Counted from the first letter of the stretch, positions 28,282 to 43,491 are shown. The stretch: DNA of 64,000 nt from Eledone cirrhosa (GCA_964016885.1 OZ024753.1:38812001-38876000), one strand, 5' to 3'. Made by a program: numbers and translations. The notes: generated by a model from the sequence alone, not told the origin.

Positions 28282-28340
28282 CTGTGTGTGTGTGTGTATG
28301 TGAGTAGGTGTGTGTGCGTGCGTATATATATATGTACATA

Positions 28341-28437
<97 letters not shown>

Positions 28438-28582
28438 TTATTTATTAAAATAAGAGTTTAAAGTTTAAGCAAAGAATCACTGCCTTCACCCTTAATTTGC
28501 TCTACGGTTCTTATATATCTGATATATCTGATATATATTTATCCTTATCGAACCCTCTTTGGATTTTAGTCTTCAAATTTAT

Positions 28583-28664
<82 letters not shown>

Positions 28665-29190
28665 GATCTCTCAAGAAAATGTATACGCACTTCAACAGCA
28701 TTGTAACAAATATTGCCTGTACAGGTAATCAAAGTGTGTATACATTTTGCGGGGGACACTGTATGTATATATATGTATATATGTACATATATGCGTGTGT
28801 ATATGTGTGTGTGCGTGTGTGTGCTTGTATGCGAAAAGGAAACGAAACACAACATAACAAAGCATACAGTACAGTGAAGATGTTTTGTATGAAAAGAGTG
28901 TGTGTGTATTAATGCATGTGTGTGTGTGTGTGTTTCTCTGTAAGCGACAACGGCTCACTCTTACATAGTCGGCTGCTGTATATACTTACGATGAATGGCG
29001 GCGGAGCTGACTGACTAAACAGACGATAACATAACATCGTAGCATTGCCAACAAACAGAACACACAACCACACAACAGCATAGCATCATTGAAGGAAAGC
29101 TATTAGGATTTTGTTTACACTTATGTTTACACCTTATGTTAACACTTATGTTAACTACTCTATGTATATATACATATATATATGTGTGTG

Positions 29191-29227
<37 letters not shown>

Positions 29228-29228
<1 letters not shown>

Positions 29229-29452
29229 AGAAAGTATGACCCCGACGGCAGAGTTCAAGGCGTTTCGATGTCTATTTCTGGACTAAATTAGAATTTTTTT
29301 TTTTTTTCTAATTTAGTCCAGAAATAGCCGTCGAAACGTCTTGAGCTCTGCCGTCGGGGTGATACTTTCTCCTATTCCCCACTCTACTACCCTAAGTATT
29401 GAGTACTCTGGTGCGTTATGGTCCATCTGGTTCCTTACCACAACTCCTTCGT
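29228..29452. mobile_element. Family A fold-back
   Basis: Inverted arms around a poly-T spacer at ~29295. Confidence 0.75.
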
Positions 29453-29525
29453 TTTATATATATATATATATATACATATACACACACATATATATATATA
29501 TTTATATATAAATATATAATTTTAT

Positions 29526-29603
29526 ATCGGGTTTAGTCGGGAGTAACCACAGTAAATAAGGTACTCAATACATGGCAGAGTATATATATTTAATATTTAA
29601 TTT

Positions 29604-29688
<85 letters not shown>

Positions 29689-29796
29689 GGAGAAATTTCA
29701 TATAGAAACGGCTCCTAGAACTATATTAAATATTTATACACTGCCATGCATTGAGTACCTTACTTACTGTGGTTAGCACCGATTGAACCCGGGATA
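29526..29796. mobile_element. Two family B terminal fragments in inverted orientation around TA/GA repeats
   Basis: GTAACCACAGTAAATAAGGTACTCAATAC at ~29543 and its reverse complement at ~29750-29776. Confidence 0.65.
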
Positions 29797-29866
29797 AACA
29801 GATATTCACACACACTCATATACCTACAAATATATATACATATATACATGTATTTGTATGCATATG

Positions 29867-29908
<42 letters not shown>

Positions 29909-29939
29909 TACAAATTCTCTGGACATGCTTTACTCTATA

Positions 29940-29976
<37 letters not shown>

Positions 29977-30107
29977 GATAAATCTACCAAGAGTTTACGG
30001 TAGTGTCCAATCCGTATGAAGAACTCAATGTATTCCGGATATCATGGAAAGAAGAGATGCAATGAAAAACGACTTTCGGTGAAAGATAAACGGTATACAG
30101 AGTCAAG

Positions 30108-30500
30108 ATAAAATATTAAACAAATAATGAACAAACAATTCCTTATATTAAACAAAAAAAGTTCATTATTTAACGATCGTTTCTAGGATATATATGTGTT
30201 ATAATTGGTATGCATATTCAACAGATCTATGTACAAAATTATACAAAATTATACAAATTATCAAGATTAAATATACATACCAAACACATATATACGCCGT
30301 CTTCAGAAAAAAGAAGACGGCGTATATATGTGTTTGGTATGTATATTTAATCTTGATAATTTGTATAATTTTGTATAATTTTGTACATAGATCTGTTGAA
30401 TATGCATACCAATTATAACACATATATATCCTAGAAACGATCGTTAAATAATGAACTTTTTTTGTTTAATATAAGGAATTGTTTGTTCATTATTTGTTTA

Positions 30501-30509
<9 letters not shown>
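30108..30509. mobile_element. Family E ~400-bp near-perfect palindrome; HHR with long stem II on the minus arm (~30165-30310)
   Basis: Arms mirror around ~30308; CTGAAGA..GAAACGATCGTT/AAAT; homologous to 26200-26382. Confidence 0.8.
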
Positions 30510-30599
<90 letters not shown>

Positions 30600-30646
30600 A
30601 CATATATATGTATATATATTTATATATATATATATATGTATATATG

Positions 30647-30710
<64 letters not shown>

Positions 30711-30722
30711 CATATATATGTG

Positions 30723-30780
<58 letters not shown>

Positions 30781-30781
30781 A

Positions 30782-30820
<39 letters not shown>

Positions 30821-31304
30821 TATATATATACACATATATATATATATATATATATTTACACATATATATGTATATATATTTATATATATATATATATGTA
30901 TATATGTATATATATATATATTATTCAAGTAGCGCACATTTCAGATGGCATTGGCAGTTAGTGTCAGTGAATTTCATCTCGAGAATGATCAAAGATCAAT
31001 AGATAGATTGCGTAAGATTTCATTTATTCTTATTCTATCGATTACTTAACAGTGTATGATGTACCATAATTGAATTGTCCAGGTGGTTGCTACTAGCGAC
31101 AAAGTTCGGTTTTGACAGGGGTTGATTTAGAGAGGAACCTTAATACCTCAACACATATGGCAGCTGACATTATCTCCCCGACCACATATGTATTAATATT
31201 ATTTCATACACACACACACACACACATACACACACGCACACACACACACACGTACACGCACGTGCACACACTTGCAGAGAAACACATACCTGCAAGCACT
31301 CTTG

Positions 31305-31355
<51 letters not shown>

Positions 31356-31464
31356 TTACATATATATATATATAAATATATATGTATATATATATATACA
31401 TACATACATATATATATATATACATATATACATACACACACAAGCGCTCTCGCACGCACACACA

Positions 31465-31497
<33 letters not shown>

Positions 31498-31502
31498 TAC
31501 AG

Positions 31503-31536
<34 letters not shown>

Positions 31537-31975
31537 TTACGATATTAAATAAATGGAAACTATATTTATAAAACCATATTTATTTCCATTATATATATTT
31601 CAGGGATATCATATTAACAATATGTTATGCCTTCTTCAGACAAAATACAATATAGACAGTTTTATAGATAAATAGATTTGACATACCGTTCAACATCGAC
31701 TTGTATTTGAAAAAGCTTTTCAAATACAAGTCGATGTTGAACGGTATGTCAAATCTATTTATCTATAAAACTGTCTATATTGTATTTTGTCTGAAGAAGG
31801 CATAACATATTGTTAATATGATATCCCTGAAATATATATAATGAAATAAATATGGTTTTATAAATATAGTTTCCATTTATTTAATATCGTAAATATACTC
31901 CAAATACTTGTTGAGTGCTTTTATATCAGTTATAAATATTTACTAGTTGTAACCCAACAATTTAAATATAACTTT
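31537..31975. mobile_element. Family D ~355-bp palindrome with hammerhead motifs on both arms (31588-31643 minus; 31786-31842 plus) plus a 3' tail
   Basis: Centre TTTGAAAAAGCTTTTCAAA (~31715); TTG-T-CTGAAGA-AGG..CCT-GAAA-TATA-TA/TAA. Confidence 0.8.
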
Positions 31976-32041
<66 letters not shown>

Positions 32042-32976
32042 TTGTGTATGTTTTGCCAGAATTCGTATCTGAAAATGTATATTGAAACACATTTTGTTAT
32101 ACTTTGTGAGGGTCATGTTGCCAATAAAATCACACGCACCTGTTGGTTTTCAATTGAATTTATTATACATTTCCAGTTGGTTAGTTTAATAGCCTGATGG
32201 CTTTTTTATTTGTTTATTGTGAAAGCTCTTTCGTCACACATTCTGCTCTGCGACTTCCTTGGTGACTATTTTGTGATCTTGTGTCTCTCTAATGTTCCGT
32301 GCTACACCATCGCAACAACAAGATGCTGTAAGTCAGAATAAAGGAGAGAAAAAGTTTTCGTCGTCGGAGCCATTACATTCTTTAAATTGAGGGGAAAAAG
32401 GAAAGGGGTTGATACTGCCGGCTGTACCACCTGACAGGAGTGTGAAAAGCTTTACCTGTGAGAGAAAACTAGATTTCAATTCAACTCAGAACACGATGAA
32501 ATGAAGCAGAACTGATACAACATCACGCCCGACTCTTTAACAATTCAACAAATCCAACCTACCATTTCTTACTTCATCTATAACGACAACTTTCATTCCT
32601 CCCATACGCACACCGAAAGGAAATGTTGAAAGGAAAACTGACCACTGAGTGATCAATTTTAGTAGAACTCAGAAAGCAGAGATCCATAGCTAATACAACA
32701 CTTCACGTTTGCTTTCTAGAGAAAACCCCTGTAAAACGTCTCTGATGATTCGGAAGGGCAAACGATCAGTCATTGTCTTGTGAGATCTCCCAGAGTTGGA
32801 TTTCTGTTTACTTTACCTACAGTATAGAGTTCTCGCATTCTCAGACTAACGATTGCATAATACACATCGCTGTATGTCACTTCTTACAGCCACTACTACA
32901 CGCACGTATAAACATACACACATAAACCCATACAGATGTATATATGTATGTAAATATATGTATATGTATATATATT

Positions 32977-33098
<122 letters not shown>

Positions 33099-33133
33099 TA
33101 TACATACGTATATTCAAACACACACACATATAC

Positions 33134-33172
<39 letters not shown>

Positions 33173-33276
33173 CACATATATATATATATATAAAGAGAGA
33201 GAGACGTAGAAATATACATACATATATATATATGTGTGTGTGTGTGTGTGTTTGTGTATTGATATACGTAGATTTG

Positions 33277-33337
<61 letters not shown>

Positions 33338-33407
33338 GCATATATATACATACTTAAATACATACATATATATATATATGTATGTATTTAAGTATGTATA
33401 TATATGC

Positions 33408-33504
<97 letters not shown>

Positions 33505-33728
33505 CAGAGAAATTCGTGTATATATATGAGAGAGTGAGCGATGTTGTGTATACATATGTATGTATACATGTGTATATATTTACATTTCCGCACTATGATG
33601 ATCAGATATAAATGTGAATAAACATGATCGCACGTTTATTTACTTTCACGTTCGTTAATGGAGATGAACAACAACAGCTTGTTTAAATAGTGTTTAACAT
33701 ATTTGTTGTTTAATCCTCCTCTCAGGAA

Positions 33729-33794
<66 letters not shown>

Positions 33795-34070
33795 AACAGA
33801 CATATATATATATAATAGTAATAATAATAAATGTGAATACTAAAATCCATAGAGGGCTCGATAAGGATAATTATATAACAAATATATAAGTACTCTAGCG
33901 CAAATATTTATTAAAATAATAGATTAAATTTAAGCAAAGAATCGCTGCTCTCACCCTTAACGGGATCTTCTGAAACTAAAAAGAAGATCCCGTTATGGGT
34001 GAAACCAGCGATTCTTTGCTTAAACTGTAATCTGTTATTTTAATATAAATATATCTTCTTCATATATATT

Positions 34071-34111
<41 letters not shown>

Positions 34112-34358
34112 GAAGAGACCCCAGCAGACAACTGATGAGGAAAACGTCTCCCGTTCTTGCTTTCTTATTTTTACACATATCTATATATATATAAATATAT
34201 ACACACAGACAAGTTGTGATGCTGAGACCGAGGAGACCAATAATCATGGGAGTTCTCAACACATGGGGAGGTGCAGAATTTGTGTAGAGATAAATAAAAC
34301 CCTGTCCGCAGTGCCACGCGGCTTCATCTTGAGCCGCTGTTAGGATTTCACTTCTCTT

Positions 34359-34449
<91 letters not shown>

Positions 34450-34453
<4 letters not shown>

Positions 34454-34724
34454 ATACTTTGGGAGGGTCATGTTGCCAATAAGAAACACACGCACCAGTT
34501 GCGTTCACTTCAATTTATTATAATAAATTTATAATAAATTTATAAATTTATAAATTTCTGGTTGGTTGGTTGGTTCCACAACCAGATAGTTGTTTATATA
34601 TAGTCATAGTTCTTTCGTCACTCACTCTGTGACCTCTTCAGTGACTGGGGATTCCTTTCTTTGTTTCTGTGCCTCTCCTTTGTTCTGTCCTACGCCATTT
34701 TGTTTCTGTGTGTGTGACACAACA
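34450..34724 (-). mobile_element. Probable solo LTR (relative at 32095-32320)
   Basis: TGTT...AACA ends; minus-strand TATATAAA and AATAAA; two related copies; no clear TSD. Confidence 0.5.
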
Positions 34725-34775
34725 CACAGAAACGATATATATATATATATAAACACACACACCCACATACACACA

Positions 34776-34807
<32 letters not shown>

Positions 34808-34811
34808 CATA

Positions 34812-34887
34812 CAGGGTCTCCCCAAAAATGTATACACACTCGATTAGAATGTTATTGATATGTGTATACATTTTTAAGAACACCCTG
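34812..34887. mobile_element. Tc1/mariner-like mini MITE (relatives at 24543-24608 and 28662-28761)
   Basis: TA-CAGGGTCTCCCCAAAAATGTATACACA...TGTGTATACATTTTTAAGAACACCCTG-TA. Confidence 0.7.
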
Positions 34888-35362
34888 TATATATGTATAA
34901 CATTATTTATAAGAATTCGTGATTCTTTGGGAAAGGGAATGGTCATTCCGATAATCTAATAATACGGATCTCAATCAGACGGCGGTGATCGAAGTTAAAA
35001 ATTTGAAACACAATATAAACAAAGTATTTGGTATCCATTCCTTTCTAAGTGTAAACGTTTTTCTATTTTGATCGTTATTCTCACTGAGTAACAACCTGGT
35101 GAGGTGGCAGGAGGCAATAATAACAATGGAAGATGTCGTGGAAACATTTATTTATATAAAATGGGTCCTTTTGTAAAACGTATTTATAACAATGACAATG
35201 TTGCAGTTGATATAATATTTGTTACACTTTCCCGATAACCAGACTAAAATGTCGGATTGGTCTTATAAACACAAATCTATATGCAATGAGCTGATTGCAG
35301 AGTTATAGACTAAACTGCTAACATAATAGGATTATTATAGCAGGATTTAGATTTTCCTGAAC

Positions 35363-35678
35363 GCGTGTGGCTTTGTGGTTAGGGTAGTCGGCTTACAATC
35401 GTAATGTTATGAGTTCGATTCCCCGCGGTACGTTGTGTCCTTGAACAAGACACTTTATTTCACGTTGTTTCAGTCCACTCAACTTGAGTAAAAATGAGTT
35501 GTGTCTGTTGTTTGAATGGTCAGTCGTCTCAAATTCTGTGTTACACTGAATCTCCCTGAGAACTACATTAAAGGTATGCGTATCAGTAGAATGCTCAGCG
35601 ATCTGCACATTAATTTCGCGAGCAGGCTGTTCCATTGATAGGATCAACTGGAATACTCGTTTTCGTAATCGACAGAGT
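35363..35678 (+). mobile_element. tRNA-derived SINE, long form
   Basis: A/B boxes and the same head as 11452, different tail. Confidence 0.8.
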
Positions 35679-35873
35679 TGTTTTTTTAAAGCACTCGTCG
35701 CATATGCTCAGCACTGAGCATATAAAAAACCGAAATAACAGAAGTAAGCTTTATTTCAGCGTTATGTCTTTCTGTTTGTTTTTTCCTGTTCAATTTCTAG
35801 CTGTCTGATGAGGTCAAAGCTGTTGCATAATAGTTATAACAAAAAAGAATATATATATAACAAAGAATATGAA

Positions 35874-36080
<207 letters not shown>

Positions 36081-36655
36081 TATATGTATATATGTATTAG
36101 TGCATCGTCAAAAAGGCGAATTCTCTCACACACACACTCTCTCTCGTTTCCTTTGACCAACATCAGAATTCGATTTTTATTTTAACATTTACAAGGTTTG
36201 CATGATTTACTATTTACGATCTATAAGCTAAAGTCCTGGTTTGCTGCCATGCTATATGTCATATCTTGTGTCATTAACTTTGCTATGTTAACTTAGCTGT
36301 AACGTTTAAAGTTTTAATCAATACAACATACAATACCTCTGTGTCCTTTTCCACGACACAACCGTGGTAATATCTGCTTGTTTGTTCTCTTTTTCTCTCT
36401 TTTCTTATTTAATTTTTGCAAGGAAATCAGATCTAAAGACAGATAACCCTAAATACATATAATATACTCAAATTAATATTCTACAGGACACTTCATAGCT
36501 AAAGTTTAATGACGGGGTCGATATTCATCCAGCATTTTAACTCTACAGTCAAAACTATCACACCTGTTCAGATCCGTTGTTTTTCTCTTCTTCTATTTTA
36601 CGACGTTACTTCCAGCCAACAGAACAAAACATCTGTCCAGTTTAATAAAACTGTT

Positions 36656-36700
<45 letters not shown>

Positions 36701-36897
36701 TGTTTCTACTTTTGGCACAAGGCCATCAATTACCCAGTACATTACTGGTACTTTATTTTATCGACCCCGTAAGGATGAAAGGCAAAGTTAACCTCGGCGG
36801 GATTTGAACTCAGACCGCAAAGGGATGTAACTATGCTGGAAAGCATGGCGTCCGACCCTTTTCCGATTCTGCCAATCCACCGCCCTTATAATAATAA

Positions 36898-36959
<62 letters not shown>

Positions 36960-37331
36960 CATTGATAAAAGATGGTAGATTGCTAGAAAGATATCCCACT
37001 GTGATATTTGGTCGGGATTTTTACGTACAAAGTTCAAATCTGCTCCAGATTAACCCTAATTTAAAAAAATCTTTTTGAGGGTCAAGTATATATATATATA
37101 TAGTCTTTATATATATATATATATATAGTCTTTATATATATATATACAGAAAGAGAGAGAGATGGATTAATGGTGAGTAGAGTGGAGAAATTTATGTTTT
37201 AGGTATAAGAATAAAAAAAAAGACTCGACGAGGTTTCCGATTGTCTTCTATTTATATAGACAAATAGATAGATAGTTAGACAAATAGATAGATAGACAAA
37301 TAGATAGATAGATATATAGATAGATAGATAA

Positions 37332-37391
<60 letters not shown>

Positions 37392-37784
37392 ACAAATAGA
37401 TAGACGCTTTTTTAATTTACAAAACGGCGGAAAAATATTACATAATAAACTGTTAGGAATTTAATGTGGATTTGTATATATTTGTAGATATGGTATATCT
37501 TTGGAACTCCACTAATTTAAAGGTGTTCAACAGTTGATGTCAGAGTCGGGCTGTTAATATATCATAATGATGGACAACTCGAGAATCTTGTTCATTGTCA
37601 ATATTTGAATAATATGAAGAACTACTTATGTCTGGAGGAAGCTGCTCTATCAATAATATATTGGCTTTTCTAACGAGAGACGTTGTACATTGAAGATTGT
37701 GTGAAGCTTGATATTAGCCAAGATAACGAAAGCTCGTTGATAATCTGTCTGTTTGTGTATCTAGAGTGAAATATCTGTTATACT

Positions 37785-37824
<40 letters not shown>

Positions 37825-37865
37825 AACGTACATATATTTGTTCGTACTTACGTATATTTAAACAT

Positions 37866-37922
<57 letters not shown>

Positions 37923-37963
37923 GTACATACATTTGTTCGTATTTACGTATATTAAAACATACG

Positions 37964-37999
<36 letters not shown>

Positions 38000-38125
38000 A
38001 ATACGTACACAAATACGTATATACATACGTATGTATGTATGTACGCATGAACTGAACATAAGTATGCGTGTTCTTCATACGTACACGCATACTTATGTTC
38101 AGTTCATAAAAGCATACACACATTT

Positions 38126-38164
<39 letters not shown>

Positions 38165-39086
38165 CTGTGGCGGACTGGCCAGGTTGCCAGGTTGTCCAAT
38201 GGCAAGTGGGCCCCAGGGGCCTCACAGTAGCATTGCAAGAGCCCATAGTAGCATTGCAGGGCCCACTGTATTATTTTAGGGGGCAATGCTTTGCTATCAA
38301 AAAATACCTGATATCTAAGAGGAAGAATAAAATAAAAATAAAATAAATAAAACAATTATGCAAAGCATTTGGTCAACCAATTCCCCTGGGAATTCCTAGA
38401 AACCAAAATATACGATAGTGCAAATAGCTGGAATCAGTGGTTGTACATTTATACGACACCACAGCACTTTGTTTTGAAAATGTTGAAAGTATGTTTATAA
38501 GTATGAATTTTCATAAGATTTTCGTAGTTACCTCTGTGGTCTAGCGGAAGGTACGAGAGACTGTGGTGATTCCGGTCTTAGGTTTAATCTTGGTCACGAG
38601 GTTCATGTAAACTTTTTCAGTTTTTATTTTACAACCAATAGAAAAAAACTGAAAAGGTTTACAGATACCCTACTCCCGACCAGGATCGAACTTCAGACCA
38701 AGATCATCACCGTCTATCATTCCTCCAACTAAGCCGCAGAGACAACTACAAAAGTACGATGAAAATTGATAATTATAAACCTACTTTCAAATCAAAGTTA
38801 AAAAGATGTGGTGTCGTTCATGGCTTTCCTAGAGCTATTAGTAATACTTAGGGTCGACTTCTGGTCATTATTGAAAGTCTCTGGGTTTCGCAAAATACAT
38901 AATATTTTTTATGGGAGAAGGTAAGATATTTTCCCACAAAAATTTGATTGCACTCTTCTGTTTCCATTTATGTATTTTTCGAAAATGTTATTTATTCATT
39001 ATAAAAATTAAATGATAGTATTCTATATGTAGGTGGGCCCCCTTCATCTCCTGGCAACCAATATTTTTAGACCCAGTCCGCCACTG
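38165..39086. mobile_element. hAT-like non-autonomous element
   Basis: TIRs CTGTGGCGGACTGG / CCAGTCCGCCACTG; subterminal GGGCCC motifs; no TSD seen. Confidence 0.7.
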
Positions 39087-39838
39087 AGTGGTTAGAGAAT
39101 TGGATTCGCAATCGTAAGGTTGTGAGTTCGATTCCTGGACCAGGTGATGCGTTATGTCCTTGAGCAAGACACTTTATTTCACGTTGCTCCTTCTACCTGG
39201 AGTTGCGACCGATAGATAGTATTAGCAATTGGAAAGACCAACGGAAACATTGTTCCCTCGGTCCGATTTGACGAAAGTCGATCGTCCTATATATATATAG
39301 AGAGAGAGAGCGAGAGAAAGAGAGAGAGAGAGAGATGGATAGATAGATAGATAGATAGACAAATAATTGTTTCTACTCTTGGCACAAGGCCAGCAATTAT
39401 CGCAGTGTATTACTGGTACTTTATTTTATCGACCCGTTAAGGATGAAAGGCAAAGTTAACCTCGGCGGGTCTTGAACTCAGTCCGTAAAGAGACATAACT
39501 GTGCTGCAAAGCATGGCGTCCGACCCTCTACTGATACTGCCAATCCACCGCCCTTAGATAGATAGACAAATAACGATAAAGTGAGAGAATGGGAGGCAGG
39601 GAAAAGAACATTTCAGAAGAAGAGAAGGAAAAGAAAGAATGATAGAGGCAATAGGAATGAGTGAAGGAATGTGGAGGATAGTGAGGGAGAAAGAAAGAGA
39701 AAATATGTAGTTTTTTTTTAGGGGGAATCAAGAGAAAATGTTCAGCCTGTTAGAAAGTAGGAGCAAAAGTTGGGCATTTCACATTATTATTGCAAGGGGA
39801 AGCAGGGTAAGAAGTGGGAGGGTTGGAGTAGAAGAGAG

Positions 39839-39875
<37 letters not shown>

Positions 39876-40336
39876 AACAGATATATATATATAGGTGTAT
39901 ATGTATATGTATTTATGTATATATACATATATACATAAACATACATATATTCAAACACACACACATCTACATACACACATATATATATATATATATATAT
40001 GGAGAGAGAGAGAGAGAGAGGGGGGAGAGAGAGAGAGAGAGAGAGTTATCTAGATGATGAGTATAATGGAGGGAAAGTAATGGAATGGTGAGAATAAAAT
40101 AGAAGATAAACAAAAGAAAGAAAAGAGGAAAAAGGCAAAAAAAAATGGCAAAAAACCACTAAAATTGCTAGTGTAAAACTGAAAGGAAGAGAGAGAGGAC
40201 AGGATAACTGAGGCAATGATTGTGTGGACGGACATGGGCGTGGCGTTTGATGTTGGATCTGGAATAAAAGGGTACTGAGCCTCAGGATGAGAATGATAAC
40301 TACATATAATAACAACAACAACAATAATAGTAGTAG

Positions 40337-40392
<56 letters not shown>

Positions 40393-41154
40393 GTAATAAT
40401 ATAGTAATAATAATAATACAAAAATAAACGGGACGACATTCGGTGGGAGAGGGGGGGGGGGTAAATGAGATGAGTTGAGAGAGAGAGAATTAGATCAAGT
40501 GAGAGAGAGAGAGAGAGAGAGAGAGTGATATGAGCGAGAGAGAGAGAGAGAGGGAAAGATGAGAGGGAGAGAGAGAGGGGGACATGAGAGAGAGAAAAAG
40601 AGAGAGAGAGAGAGAGATTAGATGAGATGAGAGGAGTGAGACAGAGAGATGAGATGAGAGGGAGAGAGAGATGAGATGAGAGAGAGAGATGAAAGAGAGA
40701 TGATATATAGAGAGAGGAGGTAGAGAGAGAGTTGGGATGAGAGGGAGAGAGAGATGAGATGAAAGAGAGATGATATATGTAGAGAGGGGGTAGAGAGAGA
40801 GTTGGGATGAGAGAGACAGGGAGAGAGGGAGAGAGAGAGAGTGTGGAAAATGTTGTTTGTACTTCCCAACGGGTCAAAAGGAAAATGCTTGGTAGATTTG
40901 TATTAAATGTCATTTGGCAAAAAGAGAGGTGGGAAAACAATGTTCTAGAGGAAGTTGTGGTTGTTTACATCAATGAGGTGCTCAAGGGCGGAGCAAAATA
41001 TTGTCGGCTGATGTTACCAAAAAAAAAAAAAAAGAATAGAAAAGAACGAAATACGAAACAGAAAAAAAAACGAAATTATGATAACAACGATGATGATGAT
41101 GACGTTATAAAACTAAGTGATGATTTCAAATTTGCCTGTTATCAAAAATTACAG

Positions 41155-41255
<101 letters not shown>

Positions 41256-41294
41256 TAAATATACACGGGTGTGTATGATTGTGTATAGAAGATT

Positions 41295-41700
41295 ATATTA
41301 ATAAGAGGAATTCCAACTTTGTCTGATTTACTCGTTTTATTTACAATCCTTTAAAATATATAATGGTATTATAATGAAATAGTATGATAGAATATTAAAT
41401 TCTAAATGTTAATTGAACAAGTACTTTCATGCTTTCGCAATCTTCAGGTTCATAATATGTGGTGACAGTCAAGTTTGCAATTTTCAACTGTGAAAATTTT
41501 CCACTGTTGAAAATTGCAAACTTGACTGTCACCACATATTGTGAACCTGAAGATTGCGAAAGCATGAAAGTACTTGTTCAATTAACACTTAGAATTTAAT
41601 ATTCTATCATACTATTTCATTATAATACCATTATATATTTTAAAGAATTGTAAATAAAACGAGTAAATCAGACAAAGTTGGAATTCCTCTTATTAATATA
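41295..41700. mobile_element. Family F ~400-bp palindrome with intact hammerheads on both arms (41414-41452 minus; 41542-41580 plus)
   Basis: TGAAC-CTGAAGA-TTGC-GAAA-GCAT-GAAA-GTAC-TT/GTTCA; palindromic stem III AGTACT. Confidence 0.87.
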
Positions 41701-41710
41701 TATATATATA

Positions 41711-41741
<31 letters not shown>

Positions 41742-41781
41742 CTATATCTATATCTATATATATGTATATATATCTATCTAT

Positions 41782-41965
41782 CTAAGGCGGGTAAAATTCC
41801 CGAGATCCATGGACGAGTTCTCTCCAGCGGTCTCTGTCCCTCATTATCGGTGCCATATCCTGCATCTCCAACAGACCAGTGTCTGTCCTTAGGGCATCAA
41901 CATATGTTAACCTTGGTTTTCCTCTTCTAGTGTGTCCATGTAGGGGCTCCCAAAGGAGCACTGAG
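41782..41965 (-). mobile_element. RTE-clade LINE 3' end (5'-truncated); shorter copy at 27692-27776
   Basis: Minus-strand translation [60 protein letters not shown], typical of an RTE ORF C-terminus; followed by a (TAGA)n tail. Confidence 0.85.
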
Positions 41966-42461
<496 letters not shown>

Positions 42462-42477
42462 TTAAAAATATTAATTA

Positions 42478-42672
42478 AGGGCGGTGGATTGGCAGTATCG
42501 GTAGAGGGTCGGATGCCATGCTTTGCAACAAAAAGTGTCAGCCCTTTATAGTCTGAGTTCAAATCCCGCCGAGGTTAACTTTGCCTTTCATCCTTACGGA
42601 GTCGATAAAATAAAGTACCAGTAATGCACTGAGATAATTGCTGGCCTTGTACCAAAAGTAGAAACAATTATT
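42478..42672 (+). mobile_element. Abundant tRNA-derived SINE (core CCGAGGTTAACTTTGCCTTTCATCCTTACGG..GTCGATAAAATAAAGTACC). Further copies at about 1560-1680, 5910-6240, 10430-10525, 11960-12197, 16180-16345, 20000-20150, 20890-20990, 36700-36886, 39365-39555, 46000-46165, 46610-46922, 47405-47495, 50660-50810, 54180-54350, 54700-54865, 56722-57040 and 63878-64000
   Basis: B box GAGTTCAAATCC plus conserved core, repeated more than 15 times on both strands. Confidence 0.88.
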
Positions 42673-42890
42673 AAAAATATTAATAAATGTGAAATATTAT
42701 CATAATCAAAGTATATATTTCATTATACATTTTTCAAAGGTATATATATACCAAAGGTATATATATACCAAAGGTATATATATACGAAAGGTATATATTG
42801 AGTTAGGAACTCAAAATAGCCTCTTAGTATTTTTTCACCTTAGCGAATTTGGTCCCTTACGATTTGAACACCTCTCTCTCTTTTATATTC

Positions 42891-42928
<38 letters not shown>

Positions 42929-43085
42929 GAAAAGACATACAGACGTCTGGTAATTGGCTATATACATGTTTCTTTGCCTCAACAAGATAAAGAATTGTCT
43001 CCCCACCATTTAATTCATCTTAATAAAATCAGAAAATAGTGTTTATTCAAATCGATATCAATTTCTGAAGAAGATATATTGCATG

Positions 43086-43119
<34 letters not shown>

Positions 43120-43131
43120 TCAGCATATATA

Positions 43132-43229
<98 letters not shown>

Positions 43230-43285
43230 TCAACATTTATATTAGTTATATATATATATATATATATATACACACTGTATATGCG

Positions 43286-43317
<32 letters not shown>

Positions 43318-43491
43318 GTGTGTGTGTGTGTACGTATGTATTGAATTTGGTAATCTAATTTCGTCATGAGTTGATCATTTATTAATCTTTAAAGACTGGT
43401 TTCATTTAAAAATGATAAATTGTACAGTTACATTTGGACTGACCTATCACTGTAAAATATTTATGGATATATATATATACATACGTATATA

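Noticed and set aside
30194-30423. Two nearly identical 74-aa ORFs on opposite strands
   Set aside because: Consequence of the family E palindrome
32735-32775. CTGATGATTCGGAAGGGCAAACGATCAGTC
   Set aside because: GAAA absent and no stem I
34108-34190. CAGACAACTGATGAGGAAAACGTC (relative at ~51100-51160, minus)
   Set aside because: Contains CTGATGA, but stems I-III cannot be formed; treated as a dispersed repeat only
35800-35835. GTCTGATGAGGTC
   Set aside because: No downstream GAAA or stem III
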